Notes: generated by a model from the sequence alone, not told the origin. A stretch of DNA of 63,383 bases, filler included, from Hyphochytrium catenoides (GCA_900088475.1; 5 parts of 5 records of this genome joined end to end with filler, not necessarily neighbours in it), one strand, 5' to 3'. Positions 12,378 through 24,852 are shown, counted from the first letter of the whole stretch. Numbers and translations: made by a program.

Positions 12378-14579
12378 TGCAAATAGCCATCAGGACCGTG
12401 CGCTTTTGGCGTGCTTCCACACGAAGTACGTAGATTAGTGGGGATATTATCCTAGTATCTGCCTCACTATGAGTACTTCATTCCAGGAAGAACTTATCTC
12501 TTGTCTTCGCACCTTCCTAGAACTCAACTCAGCCCTCTTGTCTGGACATGCTAAGAACCGCCTCTACTCCGCCACCAGAAGACTTCGTGACACTGAGAGT
12601 AAGTGCAGCTGCTCTCAGGCTAAATATTGAACCGGTAATATGACCCTTGTTCTGCTCCATACTGTCTAGAGAGGCCTGGCGAGCCACCACATAGCAAGAT
12701 CGGAGATCCAACTTCGCAGGAGCCTCACACTCTATCTGCTGATCTGCAGCGAGCAATACAGGTCCTGTTGGAGAGGGAGCAGCGAGTGGCAAGATCACTT
12801 CACTTAGAGAAAAATGTAGGTCTTCTTGTCAGGTCTTAGAAGAGTGAATGCCGTTCTCATCTTCCGGTCTTTCGCAGCCCTTAGGCTTTCGGATCCTATG
12901 GGTTTCTATATCCGTGACGGTCGTCGGCACTATCTTGGTCGCTTTTGGCCCAGGTAGGTTGAAGAGGGAAGAAAAGGCCAATGCTTTTGAGTTTGACCTA
13001 ACGCTGTATCTTCATTCGGACAGATATAAAGATCTGGGGCAGTAAACAGAGTGCGGAAGTAGTAACTACGACCTTGCAGGATGAGAATTTGAGACTTCAG
13101 ACACAGGTGCTCTAGAGCAAAACATGGGCGGTACAGTACTCTGATTGCTGAGCCGTTGACCTGTAGGAGCTTGCGTCAAAGATTGTTCAAACCGTACTAA
13201 ATGATCCTGAAGTCCTCAAGCAAGCAACAGGCTTCGTCATGCAGGTACCTTTAAAGGTCTCATTGGGGGCTGGTACTTGCTAACTGTGATCCCTTACGTT
13301 CAGATATTAGCTATGGAGAATGTTGTAGAGTCAGCCAAGACCCTGGTAAAGCAAGTGTTGAGAGATCAATGGGTAATCTCGGAGATTTTGCGGCTTTCCA
13401 AGGATCTAGTTAGAGATCTCCTGCAGGTTGGGACTAGCGTTCTGTCCTTGTGGTATTGGAAGCTAAGCAAAGCGATCCCTTCATTAGGATGAAAGCACGA
13501 AGGCGTTGGCATCAGAATTTATTGTGCAGCTGTTGCAAGACGCGCGGACAAGGGCGGCCGTTAATGAGCTTGCTAAGGCAACTATGCAGGTAGGTGGTCT
13601 TAGCCACTAGATGTTCCTTCTAGAATATCGCGGAGTGCCTCACAATTTCTACTTTCAGGATCCAACCAACAGAGCAAGCCTTGAGGAGCTCTTCTCCCAT
13701 CTATTTGTACAGGTGCGCACAAGTAAAGCGGCCCGTTGTTACTTGTGGGCTTTAAATTGAGCGTTCTACGCTTCCGCTGGTATGCAGGAAAATGTTAAGG
13801 ATGCAGTCGTGACTTCCCTTGACGACTCAGTCCATAGGGTTCTGGAGAACGAGGACATTCAGGTAGAAAATCCAGTGTCGCACTGTAGATCCTATGAGGC
13901 ATCTAATTCCTTTCCCCGCTAAGAAGATGTATCGACTTTAAGAGTCCCTCTCTTCCTCCCTTTCATTCAGCGTTATTATCTGCTTCCCGGACCTCCCCTT
14001 AGAGCTGCTTTGTTAGCCAAATAGGTTACGAGCTTCGCATCTAGCTACGTCATCTATCTCTAACATCACCCATATAACCACCACTCTCCGTCGCCTTTAG
14101 AACCATGCCAAAGCCTTTATCAGCAGCATTATCAACGACCCGATACTGCAAGTTGCTGGTGCTGACGCTGCCAAGAGCACCCTTTGGTATGCTGTTCAGC
14201 CTAAATTTCTAAAGTGGTTCCAGAAGGGCGATCCGCGCTCTGCCTTACCTGGGCCGTATCCAGGCCACTCCAAAGGTAGGAGCCCCTTTCAAGGCTATCG
14301 CACATCATTTAATCCTTGTCCGGACGCAGTGAAACCCTTTTCATCCGTGCTCTCTTATCTTGCACTCTGTGTCACTGATCCCTCCTACATATCTCTACAC
14401 TCCTATATCGCCCTTCTAACATCCGTACGCTGGGCGGTTTATCTGCAGCACTACCACGGCAAAAGAGTGACCCACCAGCTTTGCAAGCCCTCTCCCAATG
14501 GCAATACTCAGCCCTTATGTTCACCATCGCTTCCGCCGCTGGAGCCATGGTGGCAGCGGTTTGGCTAGGTCGAGAATAA
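12378..14579 (+). CDS. Uncharacterised helical-repeat protein with two TM segments, possibly mitochondrial (start uncertain)
   Basis: Candidate N-terminus MQIAIRTVRFWRASTR is presequence-like. TM ILWVSISVTVVGTILVAFG is followed by exons with L-x-D repeats (TLQDENL, VLNDPEV, VLRDQWV, LLQDART, IINDPIL) and a C-terminal TM YSALMFTIASAAGAMVAAVWLGRE* (TAA 14577-14579). Confidence 0.7.
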
Positions 14580-14656
14580 CCTTTCCCGCCATCACGACGC
14601 AAATAGCCGTGTCGATCTAAAGAAAATGGGTATATGTACAGTTTAAAGGCTGATCT

Positions 14657-15861
14657 CTAGCAACAACTCCTCCCCGTTTGCCTAGCCGCATTCTTGTTGT
14701 TCACTCTCAAAGGTTGTTCAACAGTGCCGGAACTATCAACATGTGATATTTTCCGGTCAGACTGGGATACGGTGTAGAGAAAGGCAAGGAGAATATAGAG
14801 TCATTCATTACAAATCTATCGGGTGTAGAGAGAGCCACGTACCTGCTGCTTTAATAACTTAACTGATCGTTCGCATATCGAGTTGAAGACTTCCTCTACT
14901 CCTATAGCAAGATCAAGAGGTTGAGACTTCACACGGTGACTTTTACATGCATATTTTGGCTACCTTCTCCTGTCTTGGCACTCGTCTTGAAAGCCACCGC
15001 GCCAATCTTCTTGGCATACCTCTCGGCCTTGGCGAAGTCAAACATGTTGGCGCCTGCAATGTCAGCCTTGTTGCCCGCAATGGCAAGGACTATAGGCGGC
15101 GACAAATATGTAAGCAATACCTATGGAAGGCGTCTCACAACTTGACGAATTCTCACCTATGTCAGGCGCTGTGTGCTTCATAAGCTCTGCAAGGGGTACA
15201 GTCAAATAAATAATTAGCTGACGTGGACGGGAAAGTCCCACAAAGATGACAGACATTGGTCTCACCTGTATAAAAGTCCATCATCTGTTCAAAGGAGCTT
15301 TCTTTGCTAAGATCAAACACCAGAATAGCGGCGACCGCATTCCGATAGTACATAGGTGCCTATCAGCACATCATGGCGACACTATCGTTAGCTGAGGGCA
15401 GTTTACTTAGTCATCATAACATGCTCACCATCGATCGGAACCTGAAGGGACAGGTGGTAGGTGAGATCGAGTCAGATATATTAGCCTTTTGACCGTACGT
15501 GGACGCCTCACCTCTCTTGTCCGGCGGTATCCCATATTTGGAGCGTCACCCGTTGACCGTTCATTTCCCTAATAAACGAAAACGTTGACAGAGCCCGCGT
15601 GAGCGATGCTAAGCTGGAGGCTTAGTAGCAGCTAATCAGAGGGCACTGACGTTCTCTTTTGCAAAAATGATGCACCAACTGTTGCTGTCGTGGGCGTTAG
15701 GAAACTTCCTTCCACGTAGCGGACACTAAGGGATGTTTTGCCTACATCTAAAGCACCGAGTCACGACTGTAAGTAGCGCTTCGGAAGAGTAAATCATACA
15801 TGAGAGCCCCACCTGTCCCGCCAAGAACCACAACCTTGAAATCTAGGTCAATGTCATCCAT
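14657..15861 (-). CDS. Rab GTPase of the Rab5/21/22 (endosomal) group, multi-exon
   Basis: FKVVVLGGT|DVGKTS, TVGASFL, LQIWDTAGQER|FRSM|APMYYRNA, AGNKAD, KTSAKTG, and a C-terminal ..GRSCC* prenylation motif. Confidence 0.95.
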
Positions 15862-16811
15862 CGCCAGCAAGTATCCGGGCTCAAGGTACGGGACAGCCTG
15901 AGGGCGGGTTAGGAGCTTTATACCTGCACCCGGGCCACTGATGTAGGCTGCGACAAGAAGTTGTGCCCTTCCTGATAAAGCCCCTTGTCTTCCTCAGTCC
16001 TGAGACGATGGAGAAGTGTATCCCTCCTCTAACCAGCTAACTTCTCGAAGCGGCACAAGGTCTATCGCTGTCTTCAGTACGTAGCCTTGGAGTCTGCAGG
16101 AGCTTCCTTGTCGCGAGCAACAAGAAGCAGTGATGACACGACGCTGACTCTCACAAGTCATACATCGCCAAGGTTCTGATCAAAACAGGTGCCGCTCTTG
16201 GAAGGATTACAAGTACTCGTAGTAACAATTTGGAACGGCAGATTCTTCACGATAATCGGGTGCGGGAAAGTGTCAATTACAGAGAATTGTGGTGAATTAT
16301 GAGATCAACTTGCTGGTGAATACTACAGAGTTTGACAACAGCTGCGAATTTCTGAGAGATGTCAGTGAAAATTGACACCAGGAGGGAGACAGTGGTTATC
16401 TGTAGAACATACAGATATAGCAGTTGTTGGTGCATCTTCTTCGCCAAGGTTTCTTGATGAGACATAAGCACTGTGGACTGTCTCTTTCTCCTCGTCGTCT
16501 TCAGAGATCAACGAGTGTGGTCAGCTTGAAGCCTCATCGGTCGGACCAAGATGTCTTGCACCAGTAACAAGGCGTCAACCTTTATTACTTGATGATGCCT
16601 AGACTGAAGTCAGTCGTGGTGTCGATGGGATCGGACTATGCGGCCGCTGTTTGGCACTACAAAGCTAGGCAACGAGCGATCCATAATGAGGGCGAATCGG
16701 CCCTTATAAATTATGCACTTCCCTACTAGGAACGCATCTTCCACAACTATTTACCAGTTAACCGCTGGCATTGCCCCTTAATCAGAGGAAATTGCTTGTT
16801 TTGTTTTGGTC

Positions 16812-18151
16812 TCATCCACCCTGCTGGTCGTCCAAGATAAGAGAGTCATCAGCCATAACCGAAGAGATCAGCTCATCAATAGGATCCATGGGCGTGTCGC
16901 TTGAGGAGTTGAAAGCTAAGCCTAACGAAGTGATGTCCAGATCAGGGCTACTCATCGTATATAAATCCATCCATGGTACTTCATCTTTCACAATAAAGTT
17001 CTCAGTTCGCTTCCTCTTGGCGACAGGAGCCTTGAGAAGAGGTGGCTCAGCTTCACTAGACAAACATTCATCAGCCTCGACCAACCTGTTGAAAGTTTAC
17101 AAGGATATGAACTTGGTTAGATGTTGACCCTAATAGCTCGCAGGCAATTTCTTACTCAGTAGATGAGGGCGAGGATGCCTTACGGCCAGTCGAGGCTATC
17201 GCGAACGGATCCGACTGCAGTATGTAGACGCAGTATAGCTTCCCATGGAACGGCTTGAACAGCAGGACTTCAAAGACGTGCAACGAGTCCGGCCCATGCT
17301 GGCCAGGTCCCCGTGGTGCAGCCCATCCATAGTGCCATGCCTTGAAATCGTAATTAAATGTAAAAACGGCAGCTTGAAGAGCCCCATCTCCAGCGGATCC
17401 CTAGTTCAAACATAAGAAGTTTGTCAATGTGGACTTTAAATGTCGGTAAGCGAATTCTTACCCTGAAAACAGCAGGAATCCACGGTCGTTGCGGATGGTC
17501 CCTATCCTTGGTCAGGCTATGCACAGTCTCTACATCAATCACATCTCCAGTGGCAATCATTGGCCCTGAACACTGCAAAAGCTCCTCATCCACAGTTGTC
17601 ACCTCTTGGGGTCTGAATCTACCAAATACTTTTATGGAGTTTGAAGTGGAAGATCTCAGCGCGCAAAGACGTAGGCCTGAAACGAGAACAACAAATAGGA
17701 GAGAAGTGGTATCAGGTTCGCATCATAGCTCCCGAACCAGCATGCGGAGATGCTTACCTCCTGTGACGGTCAAGCGACAAACAGAGACATGAAGCTTGAT
17801 TGAGTCCCCACAAAAGCCGGACGTGATGTGGACTCCATCTCGGCAATGAGGGAAGCATCGAAGGTTCTTGAAGCCTCCTTTCTTATTGTTCCTCAGGTAC
17901 TGAGCCTTAAATAAGCCCTCTGGGCTACTGGAGACAAAGGCTGCTCGGACCTGCAGGCCACGAGGATCGTGGCAAGACTCATTGTAGCACACGGGCATCA
18001 ACGCATCTTCCGCTTCTGGTGGTAATATCTCGTCATCAACACCTTCAAGACCTCTGACACTACGTCCCAACTCTTGGGCATGCCCTGTTGTTGGTTCAAT
18101 GACTACGACAGTGGCTACCTCGAACTGGTAGGTGGCCGGTGACGCAAGCAT
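16812..18151 (-). CDS. Putative transcription factor with uncharacterised YLRNNKKGG..LRCFPHC..GFCG / WHYGW domain, 4 exons
   Basis: Spliced model: ..YLRNNKKGGFKNLRCFPHCRDGVHITSGFCG..|GLRLC..VFGRF..WIPAVFR|..FTFNYDFKAWHYGWAAP..LHVFEVLLF..SDPFAIASTGRK|..KRKR.. then an acidic/hydrophobic tail. The TF function is inferred, not established. Confidence 0.7.
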
Positions 18152-20511
18152 GGCGTCCCGATGGGCCAGGAGCTTGCGAAAATGGGCGTTTGGGTTGTTC
18201 CCAAAGAAATCTAGGAGCTCAGACTGGGATCGGTGATGTATCTGTCAATGTTATCAGTACCGTTGACCACTTGGAAAAATTGAGCACAATAACTGATTGA
18301 CTGACCACTGCAGTGTAAATAGCTGAGCCCGGATAAGGCAGCGTCACAGTGATGGCGTCCACTGGAAGGTTATCCGCGGTGTATTGAAGGATGGCCTTCA
18401 GACACCGCTCAAGTTCCAGCCTGCAGTTATCTTTTGCCTTCAATACCATCGTCATGGTAATCTGCCATTGCGCATGGAGATGGGGTGGTAGCATGCAAGG
18501 AAAGTTACAGAGATATATGGATATGTCAGGCTGCAAATCTTTTCACGCGAACCTTTTTATCCTTGCCAAAATGCTGAAGAACAACGGTGGAGTTCCCGGC
18601 TTCCGCAATCGTGGGGGCTAGGCTCAACTCGGCAAATATGGATTCATTCATCTTCAGAAAGAGGCCCCAATCGGTCACTACTGTTTAGAACTTTGGGCTC
18701 GGAGTGTGGAGAGCCAAAGACCGATCTTGAGGTTCAAGACTGACAACTATTCTTCGCGAATGAGCAGAAGGTAGCGCACTTCAAGCAAAGATATGAACCG
18801 TAAGCTCTATGGCCAGGATCAGGTCAGACTGTGCTACATAGCCAACATCATTCTCCTGTCCGATGCAAGTAACAACCGACTAGGTGCCAACCTCGGTGAC
18901 CTTTCAAGCGCATTAGGGGCATTTGACTGAGCCCCCACAGAGCAACTGGTCCCTTAGCCAACTGGAGGCACCGAGATGCGGGTAAGAAGCAGACTCAGAA
19001 GAAATGTCAGTGCTGCTGCCGTCACAGAAGAACTACAAAGTGAGAGATGGTTGCTATCGCATCATGAGAAACTTCCTTACCTACGACAGTTTTCCAAGTA
19101 CCTGGTTAACATTGTAAAGTGGGTACTTGTATATTCAGGTACAGTGGAACAGAGCCACTGCAGGTACTGTACCAAATGAGTACAAGTAAGGGGGTACTTG
19201 TAGTACTTATGTACTTGAAGTTGAAGGTCTGGGGCCAGATGGGCGGACAGTTAGATGTTGAGGAGGGAAGATGCCTGCAGAAGAAGACTCTCAAGATCAT
19301 CAGCGCAGGGAGAGAAGAACAGCCTTCTGATAGAACTAATTCCACCTCTGTGAGGACTGGCTTGTGGTTTTCCTACATAATAATATCTCTCTATCTCCAG
19401 CAGGCAAGAGTTGTCTGTCGAGAATGTTCTACTTTCGTGTCACAGGGCTCGATCGATGATTCTTCTTCATAGGAAAAGCAGGAATACCTGGCTTCAGGTG
19501 CCTACTATACTCAATAAGTATCCTATACTATTATGTCTTCTTGCCCAACCACCGGCTGCCGACTACCAACTATCGTCATGGATGATGATTCAATCCTATG
19601 ATGATGACTGGCAGACTCCTATTTTGTTCCTCGCTGCGCAACCGGCGTTGGCCTCATAATAAAGAGGAATAGTCGTCCGCCCTACTATCATCGCATACAA
19701 TGCAGCAGATGACTCTAGAAAACTCTCATCGTCGTCGGCCACCCATCTTCTGTCAAACTTCTCGGCGCTACAAATGGCTGCTCTCTTCTGCGTTCAGAAG
19801 AGCTTGATATAGTTATATCTGGTCGTAGTCCCTTATCATCACAGATCGCTGGGTTAGTCATTACTGATACTCTTCTTGGGGGTTGTTGTTGTTGTTGCGC
19901 CTTTCTTCATAATCATCATCACCTCGTTCAGGGAGATATCACGAGATACTATGCACTTGTTGAAAAAGAGTGGGTGGTGGTTATAATAAAGGTTTTTGAT
20001 GGCATGATGACTGCACCCAAAGCGACGAGAAGAGGGATCGATAGTGTTATATCTACATGTCTGGACATCGATAATAATATGAACTTGGTGAAGATGAATA
20101 ATATTACTAGGAGGAACTACTGGGCGCAATGGTGTGCTTGAGAAGTAGTCTGGCTGTATCCAGGAAGTTGTTGATGGAAGAAATGACCTGACTGGATTTC
20201 GGCTTAATGGCCGCCTACATACGGTCCCTCAGAAGTTATTTATTAAACGTCAGCATTATTGGCATCAGATGTAGCGGGACAGATAGGATGATGAACAGGT
20301 CTCCTCCTTCTTGCTGTCTTTTTGTTTGTTTGAAAGCATAAATATCGAGTTGTTTCAATGTGTACGTTGCGCCTCTTCGACTGCTTATTAGTGGTGGTCT
20401 ATTATCCAACAAGCATGAAGAAGAAGATGATGGATGATGGTCCCGTGGCCGACAAGAGGAGAAGGAAGTCTTTTCTGAAGAATGTAATCATCAAATGAGT
20501 GGTAAAGGGCT

Positions 20512-22905
20512 CACTGTAAAAAAATTTTCTACCGAAAATCGTTGGCTTTTCGTTCTAAACCGTTTACTTTGTGGGAGGGCGAAATTGAGTTTAAAATGAA
20601 TGATCCCAAAGATGCAAAAAGTAAACAGAAATATGACGACAGGTTTTGAACATTTTCTGAACGATTTTACAACATCAAACTTTACAAAAAGTACACATGC
20701 GCTCAGAGTTGGTGTCATCTGACCTTCATCAACAGAACAAAATTCTAACGGTATCTGAATAATAGGATGTTTGGAATGGTAAATGAATGGATCAAGCAGC
20801 AGAAAGCAAGCAATGACGGGTGAACGATTGGTACGCTGTCTTATTATTAGCTTGCATTCTTCTCACTCCCGTATTATTATTATAAGTAGAAGATTGATTG
20901 AAGACCGTCAACTTCTTGCTCGCACTGCTGGTCGTGGTTGTTGCTGCTTCTTCTTCTTGCCTGTCCACCACCACCAGGAGCTTATAGTAGTATCGGCCGG
21001 CCCTAGACCCGCTCATCATTTCACGACGATGCTCCCTCCTCCCCCGAAGTGTTGACTTGATTGGGCGAGTATTTTAGCCTCAAACTGGAAGGTATGTAGT
21101 AGCGTACGACCCGTTGAGCTCTTTCTCTCTTGCTGCTGCTAGTTGTTGTTGTTGGTTGGGTACCACCTCTTGCAGCCTGTTCCTTTGCTAATCTATCAGC
21201 ATCCAAACGTATTAGAGAATCGGCAGCTTGTGATGGCTTTCCATCGCAGTTTTGGCTTTGGGTCCTCTCTTCTTATTATGGTCCTTTGTTGGCGTCAATT
21301 AATTTCTGTTTCTTCTGTGTAGTGGAGTGGAAAACCGTGTCTTCTCCTTCTCATCGCATCGTTGTCGTCATCATCACCACCGAGGACTTCTTTCTGTCCT
21401 TCATAACACGCTTCTTTTTTCTTTTGTGGCTGATAGCGGCGGCTTTTGCTTTGTCTTCTTTCCAGCACTTCTGTTGATACGTTCATGCGCTGTGATGGAC
21501 ATGATGAGCACAAAGAATATAAACAAGGGATTAGTGTAACGCCAGAAGAATCATGACGTGCAATAAAAGGAAGAGACAGAACAAGGGACGGAGCCATCAG
21601 TCATGTCGTGGAACGACACGACGATGAGCAGACGACCCAAGCCATTCTAGATAAGTGAGAGTGCTCGTCCTCTTGTAAGTAGAAGTGCACAGACCTGCGA
21701 TCTTTCCTTTCTCTGCTTCTGGGAAATAGCTTTTCCCCGGCTTCCTAGATCATCTTTCTTCTTGTTCTTGCTGCCTTCGCTTCGGCCACCACCCGTCTTA
21801 CTCTTACTCTGGTCATCTGTTGTTGACGAGCTTGAGGAGACTGAACCATCACTTTTGAATTGATTGATCTGGAGTTGGCGCGGCGGGCAAGGAATCCGGC
21901 TGCTGCTGCTGCGATGATAGCTTGAGGTAGTAGAAGTCTGCCGCCCGCGCTTTCCACCCGCGGCGGGGAAGAAGGAATCCTCCGGCTGCTAGCAGCTGCT
22001 GCATGTGATGGCGATGCCTCGTAGTAGCTTGAGATAGAAGTTTGCCGCGCTTTCCACCCCTGCGGCGGCGCGGCGGGGAAGGAATCCGGCGGTCCGGCTA
22101 CTGCTGCTGCTGCTAGCTGCTGCTGCGACGGAAGCAGCTTCTTGAGGAGATAATAGAAGTCTGCCGGGCTGTTCTTTCCAGCTGGAACTTCGTAGCGGTT
22201 TGAATTTTGTATCCTCTAATCTCTAAACGCCCTGTACTTGTATGGAATCTAGTACTAAATGTGGGGAATAATCTCCAGGAAATTGCAAAATATTACGAAC
22301 GCCCACGGAAAATGTGAAGATGGAAAAGAAAGTCGACAAGTACCAAGTACCTGTTACTCCCTCGGAAGAATTATATAGAGTGGAGATAGAAAAGGGCAGC
22401 TGTAAGCAATTCCAACTCAACGCTTGTCCTGTACTTATACTTGACGTAACGAGGAACGATTCTGGTTGTTTGTGGTGGCATTGTCTCAGTACAAGTATTT
22501 GTACGGATACTCGTAGAACTACCACCTCACCCACTGACATGATTTGCTTTGTGTTTCAATCTCGTTGTTGTTGCACGACAAGAAGTGAATACTGGCTTGT
22601 ACAAACGGGAAGTAAACAACAGCAAAAACGACATCTACACGGAACATTCACGAAGTGAATCTGGTAACTTGACAAACAGAAAGTGAATGCTCCTGGTACG
22701 CACAGAATAAACACTAGCAGATATCAACGAAAGCTGAACAACAGAAAAGTAACAGAATTTGAACACAGGGTGAAATGTGCATGAAAAACTAACGCGGGTG
22801 GGCTGGACCAGTTGCAGGGCCCACACGGACCAATGAAAATCGAACACAAATTGAACAAAAAAACAGATTCTAAACACATTTGGAACAGATTTCATTTTTA
22901 CAGTG
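20512..22905. mobile_element. Non-autonomous En/Spm (CACTA/CMC)-type element, CACTG...CAGTG ends, 2-bp TSD
   Basis: Left end ct|CACTGTAAAAA (20512) and right end TTTTTACAGTG|ct (22905) give an 11-bp TIR with duplicated CT. Subterminal regions are AT-rich, there are internal tandem repeats, and no intact transposase is present. Confidence 0.8.
21891..22180. repeat. Three degenerate ~85-105 bp tandem repeats inside the CACTG element
   Basis: Each unit reads GGAATCC..GGCTGCT..AGCTT..GAG..TAGAAGT(C/T)TGCCG..CTTTCCA; units start at 21891, 21974 and 22081. Confidence 0.8.
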
Positions 22906-22914
22906 CTAACTAAA

Positions 22915-23490
22915 GACAGACTCACTGGACCGCTGTGAAGCGGATACTGAGATATCTGAAAGGGACTGCAGACCATTTCTTATGTCTAGGAGGAGAAGCA
23001 ACCCCAGACATCAATCAGAGTCCAAGACTACAACTAAACTCTTTGCAGATGCAGACTGGGCGAATGATCCTATGGACAGAAATCCATTTCAGGCTACTTT
23101 CTTACACTGGGGACTGGTGCTGGGGGACTGGTGCTTCCATTGGAAGGCTAAGAAGCAAGACATAGTGTCTTCTTCAACCACTGAAGCTGAGCGCATCTCA
23201 CTTTGGACTGGAGCCAAACATGCAGAACATCTTATTTCTTACAGGAGCTTCAGTATCCACTGAGTAGACCCATCCTCGCACATCAAGACAACAAGAGCAC
23301 AATAACACAAAATCGAAATATATTGATGTCAAACACTGTGTAGTTAGAGATCAGGTGAATCGCAAAGTCTTGGAATTGCAACACTGTCCAACCAAGAAGA
23401 TGTCTGCCGACATTCTCGCGAAGGCGTTACCAGAACCTCAGTTCCGAGAACTTCTTCCGCAACTCGGGATTGTCCCGTCCACTTCCGTTG
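22915..23490 (+). pseudogene. Ty1/copia RT C-terminus and RNase H remnant (frameshifted)
   Basis: HWTAVKRILRYLKGT, FADADWANDPMDR, WKAKKQDIVSSSTTEAE, QDNKSTI, KYIDVKH and ADILAK occur in shifting frames. Confidence 0.9.
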
Positions 23491-23558
23491 TAAGATAAAG
23501 TCTTCTTTCCGGGAAGGGCAAGGCCGAGACTGACGGACACTCAGGAAGTCTGGACCTG

Positions 23559-24503
23559 CGGGGAGGTGTTGAGAGCAGAAGCTGACAAAAGCTCTAAAAG
23601 GCTCACAGTTCCAGACTCTATCTGACGAGAGGAAGGAAGAAGGCACAAAACAAAGTGTTTCAGAGTTATGATAACTAGGTTATTATCATTAGGGAAGTCA
23701 TCATGTGACGTCAAGAAGTAGTAACTGGGTCTAGCAGTTTATACGAGACACAGTTACTCTCCAGAACAACTAGACAACGTGATAACTAGAGACAAGGTCC
23801 CATAAGCCCTTCATACTCACTCTGAGGAGCATATCAGTAGACCACGTAACAATAAGAGTGTCTTCAAATCCCATACATTATAACAACAAGAACAACTAGG
23901 CAGCATGATAACTAGGAAAACAGTGTTGACATAAATAGAGAGGATACAGTTGAGACCATGCCCTGTGTATCACAGAGTTTGTTGTTCTCGCTAGGCACTG
24001 CTGCTGTGGAATTTCTTCACCCGCACGCTAGGTGTCTTTTTCTCAACTACGGTTCATTGGGATATATCGGACCTCTCCAGAGAGGCTTAGTTCGTTAGAG
24101 CTACAAGCACTTATCAGTCTAGCTCTACAGATTTGTCAGCACAACACATTGACTATTGACAAATCTCCCTTCAGATCGATAGAGTCCTTGTCCATAAAAG
24201 ACGCAGAGGTAACCCTAGCCTAAGGTTTTCTATGCCAGAGTCGAGTGGTCAGCACTTGATAGACGGGTGGTGGAGTGTTCCCTGACCTCGATTGACTAAG
24301 GTCCATGAGGCTGGATAGGCAACAGCTTCTCTCCAAATCGGTTACAAGTGACAGAGATATCTCTAGAGCAACCTCTGTACGTGACTTGTACCTACTAAGC
24401 TACAAACAGAGTCCCGAAAGCTTTCCATACTCGTTCTGACCATATGAGTAGACCACGACGTAACCTAAATAAGAGGGTCTTCAAAATCCCATACATTATA
24501 TAA
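23559..24503 (+). mobile_element. Copia PPT and 3' LTR, followed by a second related LTR-like unit
   Basis: GGGGAGG|TGTTGAG at 23567, unit ending ..CATTATAACAACA at ~23888. A second TGTTGA starts at 23924 and carries a related ~80-bp 3' segment (24421-24503 vs 23808-23885: CATACTC..GTAGACCACG..AATAAGAG.GTCTTCAAA.TCCCATACATTATA). Confidence 0.6.
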
Positions 24504-24852
24504 TCTAGGCGCTGGTCCCCTAGCAAGGCAGCGCTGTATCACCTACAGCGCGAGAGTCACGGGGAGCGTTTTTGGAACAGTAGTAGGACTCTCACACTCA
24601 AGCGAGAATACAAGGAACTTAATAACAACGACGACATAACTATTTTGGATTGGTTAGGATTGATGATGGTTTGTGAAGATCACATCCTGTCCAGAGCAAG
24701 GAGCTCGTGCCATAGACTCTTACAAAAAGCATTCAAGTCGAATCCACCTTGCTAACTTCTTATCGTTGTGCTTCGTGTTTTACTTCCCTCCTCCCTCCTC
24801 CCTCCTCCTGTTGAGTGCTACTATGTTCGTTGTCAGTAGTACAGTAGTCACT

